Made by a program: the position numbers and the translations under genes. The notes beneath the pieces were generated by a model, which was not told the origin of the DNA, ran no database searches, and worked only from the letters and a program-made list of their open reading frames with translations. A DNA stretch of 63,093 nt, counting the filler, from Licmophora abbreviata (Eukaryota): the NCBI GenBank assembly GCA_900291995.1. It is 10 parts of 10 records of this genome, joined end to end, with 100 filler letters (N's around TTAATTAATTAA, not from the genome) between each part and the next. Parts side by side here need not be neighbours in the genome. Positions count along the whole stretch, not along the records: positions 10,853 to 34,901 come from OLMU01004677.1; 9 more parts are not named here. One strand, given 5' to 3'. Position 1 is the stretch's first letter, and the number at the start of each line of letters is the position of its first letter. Of the stretch, positions 11,133 through 24,318 are shown in pieces.

Positions 11133-13729
11133 ATGGGAAAGTCCAACATGAAGAATGTCTCACAGAAGATTGGCGACGACGACGAGACGGAGCTCACGTC
11201 TCAACAGCGTCGAAGAAAAGATCTATTTGGCGACTGTGCGCTCGTGGAGATAATTCACTTGCACGACTGTTTGCGTGGTGCTGTTCGGGCTCTGCAGCAC
11301 GACGTGACCGTGCTCAGCCAGTCGGTTTTGCACGGACAGGGCCAGCAAGTCGCTGAACTCGAACGTCGCGTTGCGGGACGGTTCAAGGTTATCTGGAGTG
11401 TATTTCGGGCGCATTCGGCAGCAGAGGATGAATTTATTTGGCCTGCCTTACGAAATAAAACGGGTGCTACAGGAAATGCGTCGCCGAGTCATCATCATGA
11501 CACTGAACCTACTACTGCGCATGTGGAGGACGCGGCGGCCATCCCTGGTATACAAGGCAATCGCCTGCAGGCGGCTCCTGCCGTCGACGACTCGCCGAGT
11601 GTTATCGAACAGGAAGAATACGAGGAAGACCATGCTGACGAGGAACGTATGTTCCGCAATATGGACTCGTTGCTTTCTAGGTTGCGAGAGTCGCTTCGGC
11701 ACGAGCACGAGGACTTCGTCTCTTCTACACACGAGCAGTCTGAGACGGCGGTACCGCAGGAGTCTATGCACGACATGGCGACTTCCATCAACGAACTCAC
11801 CAAGTCTTTGTCTCAGCATCTCATGACCCATCTAGAAAAGGAAGAGACACAGTGCATGCCGCTCGTCGTCAAGCACTTGACGAAGTCAGAAATCAACGAT
11901 CTTGTTGGACAAATTATGGGCCAGCGATCCGCCGATACGATTGCTCAGATCATGACAATGGCTGTTCAAAATCTCAACGACACTGATCGCGAGGAAATGG
12001 TGCGATACATGAAGCAAGCCATGATGGGAACCTTCTTCGAGCGATGGCTTTCCATGAGCGGGTGGATGTCTTCGTCCCGGAAAGCATCACTTTCAGAGGA
12101 ATCATGCTCAGGTGGCCCCGGACAAGACGCAGATACCGTCGACGCGGTGGGTGGGAGTTCTATGTCACTAAAACGAGATCACGAGACTGAGGGTGCTTTA
12201 GAGAAGCAGGTCGACAAAAAGCTCAAACCGGGCGCCCCCAGTCAGGATTCGGCGCATGAGTGCCTCTTGGGGAATACTACAGTGCACAACTGCGTGAAAT
12301 GCCAGCTTCTCGGTACGTGTTCTCTTGTGGCTGCTCAAGATAGCTCACCAATAGCGGAAATAACGAGCCAGACGGAAGTTGAAAAATTTATTCGGGTCAT
12401 CGCTTCCAATCCAGAACTGTCGTCAGCTCAGAAGAACGCGACAATTCAAGGTCTACGCGACTCTGTCTGGAAGAGCAATCAGATGCACAAAAACGCAACA
12501 ATGGGCGTTGCGACGACCACCCCACAGCTCAACAGGCGCCAGACGACGCTGGGAGACTCTTCCGGCAGGCGTGTGGCGTCAACCGTGGGTAGCCGTGCCA
12601 GACGCTCGACCCCTGCTTCCTCTTACTATAAGAAAGATCGCGAAGGAGTCACCGTCCTTGCATGGAGTAGGTAAGTCGAAGCGATATGCGACTCCACCGT
12701 CTAATATTGATCGGACCGCCAGTTCTAACGCGGTGTCTATGTGATCACACATACAGTGACGCCAATGAAGCCAAGTTTCCACCGGATGAAGCATCGGTGC
12801 CTTTTTTCTCTGCCTCGGAGCTTGCCCCCACGTATCACGACGGCGCCAACGGCGCCGTGCTCGGCTGTCCGCACTATGCGCGAGCTTGTAAGTTTCCTAG
12901 TTTTTGGTGACGTCGCCAAGGTTGCCTCCTCGTTTCTCCCGAAAATTCACCGATTTGTCCTCGCCCTGCAGGTAAACTAAGGCATCCATCGTCGGGTCGA
13001 CTCTACACCTGTCGTCTGTGTTGTGAACAGGAACGTGAGATGCCAACGAAAGATCACGATGCGCCTCTAGATCGCTATGCAGTGACAGAGGTTTTGTGCC
13101 TTCGATGTGGGGCGCTACAGCCTGCAAGTGATCGTTGCGTAAACCCCAAGTGCGAATCGCATGGAAGGCCATACGCAAAATACAGCTGCAACATATGCAA
13201 TCTATATGACGATGGCCCAAACAAGAATATCTATCACTGCCCATTCTGCAACGTGTGCCGCACTGGCCTCGGGCTTGGGATTGACTACCGGCACTGCATG
13301 AGGTGTAACGCATGCGTTTCTCTTGCAGACGACAATCACCACTGTATCCCTCAGCGATTGCAAGGCAGCTGTCCTATCTGCCACGAGAGTATGTTCGAAT
13401 CAACGGAGCCCCTTCGAGGACTGAAATGCGGGCATGTGATGCACTTGTCGTGTTTTAGCAGATATGTGCGAGGCCACGCCTACACGTGTCCGCTTTGCAA
13501 GAAAAGCGTGGAAGACATGACGGAGTATTTCTCTCAACTAGATGCAGCTGTGCGCATGCAGCCGATGCCTGCAGCTTACTTGTCGACGATGAGCAACATC
13601 TATTGCCAGGACTGTGGGAAAAGCGGACAATGCCATTACCATTTCGTCGGATGTAAGTGTCCGCACTGTGGTTCCTACAACACTCGCGAGGTTGGAAGAG
13701 TCCAGATCGGCAATGACCACAGTTCGTAA
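11133..13729 (+). CDS. Hemerythrin (HHE) + CHY/CTCHY/RING/zinc-ribbon E3 ubiquitin ligase (BRUTUS/HRZ-like architecture)
   Basis: HHE motifs HLHDCLR, HSAAEDEFIWPAL, EDHADEERMF and HLEKEETQCMPL. Introns 12671-12756 and 12888-12971 join in frame to GCPHYARACKLRH..., CTCHY, RING CPICHE...LKCGHVMHLSC...CPLCKK and IYCQDC...KCPHCGSYNT. An extra upstream exon near 10860 is possible. Confidence 0.9.
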
Positions 13730-13815
13730 ACTGGTGCGGTAACTCAACCCATTTAATGACATTTAACGCCAGCATCCTAGAACTTATGGAGATTTCATTG
13801 GTGGTTCATATCTAT

Positions 13816-16654
13816 CTAGAGATCCGCATTGTCCGGGCCGCTTTCAACGATATCTGGGAGGAACTCATCCACGTCAGACGTCTCGCTCTCAAGCCCTGCT
13901 ACTGGTACGACCGCTGTATTATCTACTTCGTTTCCGTTCGCCACCAAAGAGGACAGATTTTCTCCGCTTGCGTGCGGCGAGTCTCCAGTAGCTGGGATAT
14001 GAGCGTCACCGGCATCGATGCGGTCGCGCTCCCCCTTGATTGAATCCGCACTCCCATCTACTGACGTATGCTCTACCGTCTCGTTAGAAAGAGCATGACC
14101 GGGCCCGTTTGGAATCCCCATAACTTCTGCAAGCTGGCTCTCCCGAGTACCGACTGCCGGGGCGCCATGAGGGTCTATGGGGATGGAAGCAGTTGACGAC
14201 CGCGTCTCACCACTTTTCTGACTGATCGCATGAGTTAGCTCTTTGTCGGTATCCTGCTCAGGTTTGTCTTGCGGGTCGCTTCGCGTGGCGGCCCCTCCAG
14301 ACCGCATATTTTCGTGGTCAGCCTGAACCGCCTCTCTGGCGGTGCGCAGACTGCCAATCAAAGAACTTGTCGTGGTCATGTCTGGACCTGCTCCATGAGC
14401 AGCTGGAGGAGACCTAGCCGCCAGGATATCCAGCGGTGGAGCCCGAGGTACGGTTACTGCGTCGCATTGCCGAAGACATGACAAACTTGTCAAGGACACC
14501 GAGCCATCATGATCAAGCCGGCATGCATTGGCAGCGTCTCGCAAATTGCCGAGGATCCCACTTATTGCCCCATCGGGCCACGGTGTCGATAGACAAAGAG
14601 AGCCCAGAGTGAGCATTGCAACTCTTACAGATGAAGTTTGTAGAACTGGTTTGAGGCGACTAAGACTCGAGAGATGTGACAAGCAGCTACAAGCGATCGA
14701 ATCGACAAGCGTTCGCGTCCCTATCGGTAGATATGCACCAGTAGCTCCAAGGATCAAAGAAAGCGATTCGCAAGCGCATGCCCTGTCTCCAGTATAACAC
14801 ACAATAATTGGTTAGACATACCGCTAGGAAAACGCTGAACAGCTACAAAATGATTGCGAACTCGACGACTTACACGAGATGCGCCCTTTCCTGGGACGAC
14901 CCCCAGTCATCGGAATCTTCGTTGTGAGAAAGCTGCTCCAGGAGGGACCCACCAATGATTGCAATACCTTTTACACATTCGCTTGAGCTTGATCGAGCTG
15001 TCGAATGAACGTCCGATATGGGACTAATGACAAGGTTTGACCCAAACTCCGCCACGCAGAGCCGAAAAGTACAAACGGCCTTGGCCCGTAGTGGTATTGA
15101 CCTATGAAGCCATTTTCTCCGATTGGGGTGGATCCGAGCATTGCTTGCCGGGTCCAAAACTTTGCGCAACAAAAGTGACGATGATGACAGCAGTGACGAC
15201 TCTGCAATTCTCAAAACACGGCGCCCAAAGGGAAGCAGCATGCTGCCGCCGATACCAGAAATCACCGCGTCGAGAATATCATGCCCGAACGACTTTATCG
15301 GATTCGCAATGTTCGTTGCGATCGACGATATACTCAGAAGTCCACCTTCAACCCTTTCGAGCCGTAGACGCTTCTTCGTGGAGAAGAACATACTCTCTGC
15401 CAAAGACGGGAACGCTACCATTTGTCCCACCAAATCTAGAACACGCTCGATCGGGATGCGAGCAGTCATCATCGTAGCATCATAGTCTTCCCGGGCAAGA
15501 AGAGCTATAATGAGAAGTGACAGCCCGCGAGCAACCGCGAGCAATTTGATGGTGACTTTTTGTTCTTCGACAGAGGTGTCGCTCATTTGATTCGTCCACA
15601 GCGATACGTGCCCCAGCATCTCAACCGACATCCCATGCCCGCTTGACGGAATCGTTATCGACTTTTTTGCAATGGGTGCGACAGTCTCCAGCACAACGGC
15701 AATAGCCTCAGTCGTATCCGCAAACTCATCGGTCCAGGCAGCAGCTGGTTCTTTCTTGTTCGCTCCTGTCAGGAGTAGTTGCGCCACGAGCTCGGCAGCA
15801 CCCAGTTGCGTCTCGATGTCATCAAGTACAATTAGCTTCCATGCCGTACTTCGAAGAGAAAGTATGATGGATGAGCACCTCGATAACTTTGCACGAAACA
15901 GAATTGCCAGTGAGGATGACGCGCGCAAACAAGAAACCACAGCTCCTTTGTGTTTTCGCGCGGCTTCGTGGTCCAGGCGGAGGTCGAACACTTGTAGAGA
16001 CTGCAGTGTCGTTGCCAACCCTGTAAGAATCGATTTCCCCATCCGAGACAGTATGTCCCGTTCTGCCAGTGCGCACACTCGTTCATTCTGAGCAGCAACA
16101 TTGCAAACAGTGGCGCACACTATGGATGCCAATGAAATCAAGTCAAACGTATCGGTAGCGATGATTAGTGATAATTGGTGGTCCGCGGATCCCAGTTTTC
16201 GATTCCCGCCGAGAATTCGTACTATGGCAGACAAGAGCAAAAGTTCATCCTCGACCCCGGACAGATCTTCTTTAGCATGCACCGCTGTACCATCGAGACT
16301 GCTGTGCCCCGCTGTTCTCGCACGCTTGTTGGGACGACCAGGTGCCAGTGTCGCAGTCATACCAGCGACGCCATCCGAAGAGTCGAGTACACTACGGGCC
16401 TTTGTAAGATTTCCTTCCAGCAACCCCATTCGCGAATATTTATGTATGAACTTCGAGAGTATTGCCGATGTCTCGTGAATCAAGTCTGCTCGGTCGGGGC
16501 TGTTCTCAGCCTTTTCGATCTGTCGCACCAATGCCATCACACGCCTTGCAAGGCCAGTGTCTGGTGACCCCTCGTCATTTTCATTTCGTTTGGCTTCTGG
16601 TGAATCCAGAGCAGGCGGGACTATTCCATGCAGGTCGTGCATGCTGTAGCTCAT
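13816..16654 (-). CDS. Probable Rix1/PELP1 pre-60S biogenesis factor, 2 exons
   Basis: Helical-repeat protein with MLLPFGRRVL, ACESLSLILGATGAYL...RTLVD, VPRAPPL and acidic tail DEFLPDIVESGPD typical of RIX1 homologues; intron ~14783-14873. Confidence 0.65.
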
Positions 16655-17100
16655 AGTGTACCTGGCTCCAAGTTTGATCTTCTTGGCGACTCGAAAGTGT
16701 GCTCATACGTGAACAATCCACCATTTTGTGTTCGTGCCGCCGCGATCCTACATTCGGTTGCGCCAAACCTTTTTTGCATGGCCAGCAATGAAGCAGGTTT
16801 GATACTGGTACACCCGGCGAGGAACAGACTGTCGAGCCAAACTGAAGTGAGGGAGTCGAGTCAGTCGAACGAGTCATCAGTCGTTAGCAAAGTAACACAA
16901 CATTGAACATACCATACATGCGTTTCATATCGCCATCTCACCATCGCTCTCAATTGTTTCAGTACCCGACATAATGACAACTAGAACTTCGAAGAACGAT
17001 AACAGTGACAACATGATCACCTTACTAGGTACTACGTCGATACGACGCTATGCTCAGCAGGCACAGCCAAATGTCAAAATCGTGACCGGCCGTTGTATAT

Positions 17101-20100
17101 TCACAGCTGTTGAGGATGCACAAGAAAAGTCTTGGAGCAACCATTAAAGTCTCTGTACCTCGTCCATGAGACCGCAATTCCAAGACGCCGATGAATAGTG
17201 TGCGAGAGTGAAGCTATTGCTCGAACAACCTGTGCTGTCAGGCTCGCAGCAGTCGATCCCAAAGAAGTGGCTAGAACCCAGTCTGGAACGTGCATCAATG
17301 CTTCGGATGCATCGCCCAAGAGAGTCTTACGAGTTCCGTAGTGGCAAATCCGATACAAACCCTGCAGCGTAGTGGAAGGAATCTTCCACTGTACGTCCAC
17401 AAAGGAGACACCGAGAGCTTCTGGCTTCCACACAAATTTTGTGCACCAGTCACCGTCAACGTACCTGGTAGTCCACGCTCCGTCCTCTCCGAGCCTGTCG
17501 ACGGTCAAAAACGAGCCTTCTATTCGTTGATTATTCCGGGGATTTGCCGAACGGAAGGAAACCAGCACGGTGTCGTTTCCAACGACATAGTCGTCTTCCG
17601 CATCTCTCGCGATCGAGCCAAACTACGTTTTTGGGATCAGATAACGTCGAGTTAGAAGACAAGGCGTTTGCTGTGAATGACTTGCTGTAGCCCCTCGACG
17701 TGACTCACCTTCTTGCCGATGCCAATTGTGTCCAACTCAACCGGCGGAAGTAGTGATAATTGCCTTCTGGACATATCCACGGGAGGACTATCAGAGAGCG
17801 TCGGTGTACCGTTCAGTAGATCTCTCATTAGGCGCTGAAACTCTTGGATGTAGGCTGTCAAGGTATGGGGACCATAGAGCGTACTGGCCGATTCGTACCG
17901 CTGTCCTGCATATTCTTCCAATGTTGTCACGTAGTGGGTGTATGAGTTGGAAAGTCCCGCGATTGAAATGACCGGATCGTCAACATCATGCTCGATTGCG
18001 ATGTCACGCATCGCCCGACGCAGCCGTCGTCCAGCCATTGTAGTGAACTCGGCCGGTACATTGAGAATAAACAGACTCCCTATTCGAAAGATAGACGTTG
18101 GAACAGATGCTGGATCCCACGAGTAGGGAAGCGTCACGCGTCCAGTGTTCAACAGAATAGGCTTCGGGGCTTGGCATTGTATTTGCTCTTCAGTTGGAAC
18201 GGAAAGAAACCCACCAATCAGGTTCCAGAAAGGATTCGACTGTTCACAAGAAGAGAGAGCAGGCATATTGACGGTTGAGTTGACTGATTGCAAGCCCCCT
18301 ACCAGTCAGCTCTGGACATATGCGCACTCACTTACCGTATTAGTCCCTTGTTTGAAGTCGAAACTGTGGTTCGAGAGGACATTAGAACGAAAGCGTGTGA
18401 GTTGGGCAACCTCCAAACACCCGCATACAATGCAGACAGGTCACGACGGAATACGTACTCGCCAGGTCCATCAGTCGTTCCGGCAGCAAACGAGTAGCCT
18501 AGAGCAGCGGGGCACGTTTTGACAATATTTCCATCAGCAAGAGTGACATTTCTATCGGACATATCCACGAAGCTGTGTCGGAACGAAACTTGCCCACTAA
18601 GCTTCTTTGACGGCTGTTTGTAGAGCGACGTAGCATGATCAAACTGACTTCTCCCAATAATCTCGGTCGATTCGAACATGTCCTTGCCTGGACCAGATGC
18701 GACACAAAGAGACATCTGTCCGTTGCATGTCGATGTTACAACGTCACAAGGCAGTCCTGTCAGCGCGTTCAGACAAGGCGTGAGCGCGATGAGCACAACC
18801 AGTCGTCTAATAAAACAGAATGCGACTGGTGTTGTGCGTACCGGTATCGAGACACTTCGGGCCAGCTGTATTCGGCGATACATCTCCCAGATTCGAGGAG
18901 GCGAACGCCGCGACAAAGTTTCCTGTTCCAGGGAGCGCCTCTTCGCCGTTAAACTGCTTCTCCATTAAATACGATGCATACCCTTTGTTGTCCCCTGAAA
19001 TCAGCTGTAGGCAATGTGTAATGCGGAAGATTTCGGATGAGGATCAGCGTCCAGTACACAGCCCAGAGGGCAAATGGATTTACCTGATTCGTCGAATTCA
19101 TGCTCGTTCCGTGTACAGCGAACCAGTTCAGCGCTCCCAGAGGTTGCCCACCGTCATCACAAAACTTCAACATGAGCATAGTCTTGTCGGTATCGCCCTC
19201 GTCTGCATATTGATCTCGCTCGTTTTGGGGATTCAAAAGATAGCTGGATGGCGATCGGTTGATATTGGCATCATTCAAGAATTGGCTCGCTGATCGAATT
19301 GTCCCTCGTTGCAGTTTGTCGTATGCTCTATCGACACACAGAATGGAGTCAATGGCATAAGATGGGTTGCGCCATCGTGCACACACCGTGTTGACATTAT
19401 CTTACCTCTTGATCGACTGGGCAACGCCTTCCACATACGCACTCATGGTTTCCTCTGAGAATCCATAGCTCGTGATTTGGTACAAGGTGTACTGCAGGAA
19501 CCCCGCCGGCGCCGAGTGCGTATGAGTTCCACTGATGCTGAGATTCTCGAGTCGACACAGTCGCTTTCCCGTTCCCCCCTGTTCAGGAAGAAGCTCTTCG
19601 AGTCTTTTCACGACTCGCATATTCAGTAAGTCAGACCCCATTCCTGCGTCAATGCTAACAAAGCACACCGTCCGATCGGGGTCCGCACCGGCTGCAATAG
19701 CATTCTGTTTCAATTCTGAGTCGTGACGTTTGTGCCGCCATCGCAAAAGACCACGCTCTGATCCCAACTCTTTCGTGTTTTCTCTGCGCTCCTGAGAAAG
19801 AAAACTCTCTTTTTCTTCTGCGCTTTCGTCAAACGTCACGTCATCTTCGTCTGATGCTTCAGACATGATGAACGCCCGCGACCGAAGCCGTAGGTGAATG
19901 CCGTGACCCGTTTGACCTGCTCGCGCGTAGCCCATGAAATTCACTTGCGCTGCCGGTCCAGTCCTACAGTAGGGGAAACAGGAACGGTAAGACGACAGCA
20001 TTGAATATTCGCACAACCGATAGACAAAGAATCTTACTTACATGTCGTATATTCCGGTCCCAATCAAGAAATTAGAAGGATCGTCGTCATCATCTTGTGT

Positions 20101-20199
20101 TGTTCCATCCCTTCGATCGATTGCAGCAATCTCATCACTCCAACTGAAACAAAAGAATAGAAAAATGATGGTCTTGGAGGTTCGAGGTAGAAGCATCAT
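17101..20199 (-). CDS. Neutral/alkaline non-lysosomal ceramidase, multi-exon, with signal peptide
   Basis: IGTGIYDMTGPAAQVNFMGYA, GIHLRLRSRAFI, SGTHTHSAP, NWFAVHGTSMN, CPAALGYSFAAGTTDGPG, PAEFTTMAGRRLR and YVTTLEEYAGQRYESASTLYGP motifs, spread over several GT-AG-separated exons. Confidence 0.95.
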
Positions 20200-20726
20200 G
20201 GAAGCTGACGAGAGCAAGAGTTGCGGTGACTGAAATGAGCTGTGCTTGCGGCTTCACATCATGTTGGTTCGATGCCTCTTTTTTTTGTGTCGCCAATTTT
20301 GCAATTTTGCGTTGTCTGATGCAGCGCGAACTCTCGAACTCGCGATGTGCGGGACTTAGTTTCGGACTGTCCATCCATCAGTCAACTTCTTCTCTTGTGA
20401 TGCCACGTGGAGGACATAGCAGAGAAACAGAAGTGCGACGGCCGGCGCGTGGTAGGCGCCGCCGGCGACTCATCATTCACTTATCTTTCGCAGCGCTCAT
20501 CCCGCAATCCGCCATGACGAAGGTGCCATCTGGTGCCATCTGCTGACACAATGATGATGACCACAGGCTGCTGTTCGAAGATCAAGCATACCTTGTACGC
20601 CCCTGCAATTCGAGCGGCTTGTCTTGTTGGTGGAAGGCTTGAAACTCGGACCTGTGCTGCGATCCGACAATCGTACGCAGAGCACTATCGACACGACGGC
20701 AGCGTACGAAAACAGATACCTTCACG

Positions 20727-22041
20727 ATGACAGACCCCCCATCGCCGCCTGCTGCCAAGAAATCAAAACTGGACGAAAAGGCTGTCGCAGAAGAGCAAGC
20801 AGGGAAGAAGCCGCCTCCGCTCTATGGGTCACAAGTGTACTGGGAGAAACGATACAAGAAGCAGCGCAAGATGGCGAGGGCCGAAAACACCACGGCGCGT
20901 GTTGACGAGTCTGAGAGTTCCAACAACAAAGATGATGACGACGACGACATTGATCCTCTGCCATATCACGCATGGTACTTCACATACGAAGAACTTAGAC
21001 CTCTCATACTACCACTCGTGCTCGGTGGACGCGGCAAAGCCGCTACTATTCTTCTCGGTCCAGACGTGTCAGAAGATGACCAAGATGACGACGACGACGG
21101 CCCACTAGAGAGTACAACTGAGCAAGACGAGAGCGATGACAGTGGTGCAGACGAAGAGGACGATGCTAAACTAACGGACGAGGGACTTGCTCAGTCTGGT
21201 CCTATTTCTATATTGGAAGTCGGGTGTGGTGACATGCCACTCGGCAAGGAACTGGCTATCGAATTCGACGCTATGGCGAGCACAACCGGAACTGAAGCGG
21301 GGACTATAGTCGATCGTATCGTCTGCTGCGACTACAGCGACACTGTTATTGAAATAATGAAGGGTGAACAGAGCGATGACACACGGGAACGCACTGCGCT
21401 GATCGTTGACTACGTTGTAGCAGACGCTAGAAAGCTGCAATTTGCGAACGAATCTTTTCACTTTCTCCTTGAGAAAGGGACACTCGACGCAATGCTTTCA
21501 GACAAGGAAGTAGGCGCTGCAGGTTGTCGGCAAATCATTGCAGAATGCGCGCGGGTGCTCAAGACTAAGGGTAAGCGCAATCTGACTTGGGTGTTGCAAA
21601 CATGTGGTGTGTGTGACTGACTTGCATCTCGCGTTCATTTAACCGTCCACAGGGTGCATTATGATCGTGTCGCATGTTAACGCCCATACGCAAAACGGGC
21701 TGGACTGGCTCGAGAAAGTAGTCATTCCCGGATTGAGAGAAGGAGGTGGCATGGCCAGATGGAGTATTGAAGTCCATGGCAGCGATGGCAGTTCGGAGTG
21801 CGCTGAAGTCGAAGAAAGCGATGCAAACGACGAAGAGTCTGTGAGCGTAGAGGAGGACGCAAGAGGATCTTCGACAGCTAGCGGGGACGTCGAAGATGCT
21901 GGACAAGAAAGGACTCCGACACCGTCTGGTAGCCCTGGGCCGGCAGTGTACATGATACACAAGGAGACGCCGGCAACAGAATCGGGGTCTGGCGACACTC
22001 AAGATCCGCCATCAGTACCTCTAAGTTTTTATTCGTATTAA
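20727..22041 (+). CDS. Class I SAM-dependent protein lysine methyltransferase (METTL13-N/EEF1AKMT4-like), 2 exons
   Basis: YGSQVYWEKRY, WYFTYEEL, ILEVGCGD, DYSDTVI, ADARKL and EKGTLDAML motifs; intron ~21571-21652. Confidence 0.85.
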
Positions 22042-22406
22042 GACTCTTTTGGGCTTTTTACCATTACGATACCTGGCATAGTCATCGGCACATTCTCCAT
22101 TAGTCTAGTTGTCAGCTCTTCCTAGGCACTGACGCGAGCATCGACGCTGAAGCTATCATGAGCGAACGTTCCGACCAACTTGTCACGTACGCTGCCGCAG
22201 CCGTGGAACTAGAACCAATCTCCAACTCTCCAAACGTCCGCGTGATCGAACGGCGATTCTCGACTTTCTTGTGGCTCGACTTTGTCGAGAACCCAATATT
22301 GCTCTGACAGTTGTTACCTGTATCGTATAATGTATTTGCAAACCAGAACCGCATTGTTGTCGTGAGAAGTGTCAATTGATACAAAGAAAAATCATTCAAG
22401 CATACC

Positions 22407-23540
22407 TTACCACTCCTCAATGCCCATTAGCTTGCGAAAGAGAGTCCCGTCAGTTTCGATATTGCCCTCGAATGCGTCGTCGCTTTCGACCCGTAACCTC
22501 TCGTGCTGTTCGTTCCCGTTGATCCACTGGTCCGTAGGCGGTCGTCTTCTCTGGTAGTTCAAAAGCTGTCTCCGGACATACCTGCGATTTAAGTCGACAT
22601 CTGGAAGGAATGAACAGTATATCACGGCGCGAGGCTCTTGTCCATTGTGTCGATACGCGTTGGAGTGTGGGATGCGGTTGTCCCAAAAGACAGCAGAGCC
22701 GGCGCGAAGAGGAATATGTCGGATACGGGCAAAGACGTCAGCGTCTTCCTTCGGGCGAATGTGCGTGTAGTCTCCGATACAAGGGGCAGAAATAGATAGT
22801 TCTTCGGGATCACCCTGCGTCTTTCGAAGCACGGTCGAGGGTGGACGAGTCTTGGACCAGGCATCAAACTCTTGATGAAAGCCAGGTGCTGCCTCGAAGC
22901 CCCCCGTGTTGGGCTCCAAGTTGTCAGTGAGCGATACAAAACACTGAATCGGTCTCCACTTGGATACTTCCGTAAACATGCGGTTTGGGCAACAATCCAG
23001 ATGCGGGGTCAAGGATCGCTGTATAGGTTTCACCTTCTTCTTCCCGTTGTTGTGATCTCCGTCGGAGCCAAGCTTCTCTGCTAGCTCGGTTGGAATCCTA
23101 TAGCCGATCCGATCGACGTACATGTACCCTTTCTGACTGTCAAAAGGTCCGTAGGGATGCCACCGATACAATTGGTTGTCGGCGAGGCCTTCGCGTGTCT
23201 CCCCCATGTGACAGTAGGCAGCGTCCCACAGCTGATTTGTCGCGAGGAACAAGCGAGGATTCGATGCGATTTGGAGTTTCCAAGCGGAATAGAATAGGTC
23301 GAGAACCCCGCCACTGCCATTAGTAGAGCTGAGATTTCGAAGCTGACTACCAGTCCCGGCAAGATCCTTGTAATCCACGCCGTGAAAAAGCAGGGTCCGA
23401 TGCAATCCAGCCTTGGCATTCTGCAACTGCGACACAGTGAGAATATCGTCAACAACGAGAACTCCGTTGGCGATAAAGTCATCAATCTGAGTTTGGGAGA
23501 GAATAGTGGTCGCCTTTTCCGCGCTGACAGAGTCTGCCAT
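22407..23540 (-). CDS. PhyH-like Fe(II)/2-oxoglutarate dioxygenase
   Basis: LSQTQIDDFIANGVLVV start, HxD motif (PHLD), QCFVSLTD...GGFEAAPGFH and AGSAVFWDNRIPHSN. Confidence 0.85.
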   Translation of the reverse strand: MADSVSAEKATTILSQTQIDDFIANGVLVVDDILTVSQLQNAKAGLHRTLLFHGVDYKDLAGTGSQLRNLSSTNGSGGVLDLFYSAWKLQIASNPRLFLATNQLWDAAYCHMGETREGLADNQLYRWHPYGPFDSQKGYMYVDRIGYRIPTELAEKLGSDGDHNNGKKKVKPIQRSLTPHLDCCPNRMFTEVSKWRPIQCFVSLTDNLEPNTGGFEAAPGFHQEFDAWSKTRPPSTVLRKTQGDPEELSISAPCIGDYTHIRPKEDADVFARIRHIPLRAGSAVFWDNRIPHSNAYRHNGQEPRAVIYCSFLPDVDLNRRYVRRQLLNYQRRRPPTDQWINGNEQHERLRVESDDAFEGNIETDGTLFRKLMGIEEW

Positions 23541-24318
23541 GGTGAGATGTAGCCTCGTAGTTCACGAACGAGCCCCAGACAAGCACCGCCGCGTTGTACC
23601 TGTATGCAGGTCCGCCATGATATAGATGGATGTGCAGACCGATGGATCTTTGTGCGGCTTTTTGACTTTTGAGCGGATGAGGGAGAGCGCGACGTCCAGT
23701 ATAGGTCTACGAAGCAAGCGCCACTTTCCAGGCCTAGGAGCGAAGCGATGATGGAATTGGCAGTGGCAGGTCGAGACAGCACCGCTGCTGCTGTGATGAG
23801 TGTTTTGTGTTGTCATGGTTTGTGATTTGACTGGTCGCGATGTGTGTTGTCGGCGCGCGGCGCAAATTCCTTTACTCCCCATCGGTCTCAATCTACTTCG
23901 TAGTTTTGATGTTCACCCGTACCACTAGAGTGAAAACATTGGAGAGCGCTGGAGAGTAGGAGCGGGCGAGCGCGACGTCTCATCGATTCATTCACGACTG
24001 TGACGTGATGACGACATCACAGAGTGCATACTTCTCGTCGCAGCCGTCAGGCCAATACATTCATTCAATCAACAGAAACGCATCTCCATCATCCACACAT
24101 CGACACGCGTCTCTCTGTGTGAAAGAATCAGCTGAAGAGGAACGGGAACCGGCAAGATAACGACTGAAGGGGAAAGCGCTACGAAGCCATCTGCCCTCCC
24201 TTCAATTTCGTATTTTTGATAGAGTGTAGTCTTGTTCACACTTTGGTTGCATTCCGTAGCTTTAGGTTTCTGTGGAGTCAACAAGGGATCTACTCATACT
24301 GGAAGCACTCTTGTAGAC

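Noticed and set aside
6605..13729. ZIP transporter near the hemerythrin E3 as a metal-homeostasis cluster
   Set aside because: Separated by NAA35 and an artificial spacer; linkage unproven.
22112..22420. ORF overlapping the end of the dioxygenase, possible extra exon
   Set aside because: The dioxygenase ends at a TAA after a complete domain; the translation is unrecognisable.
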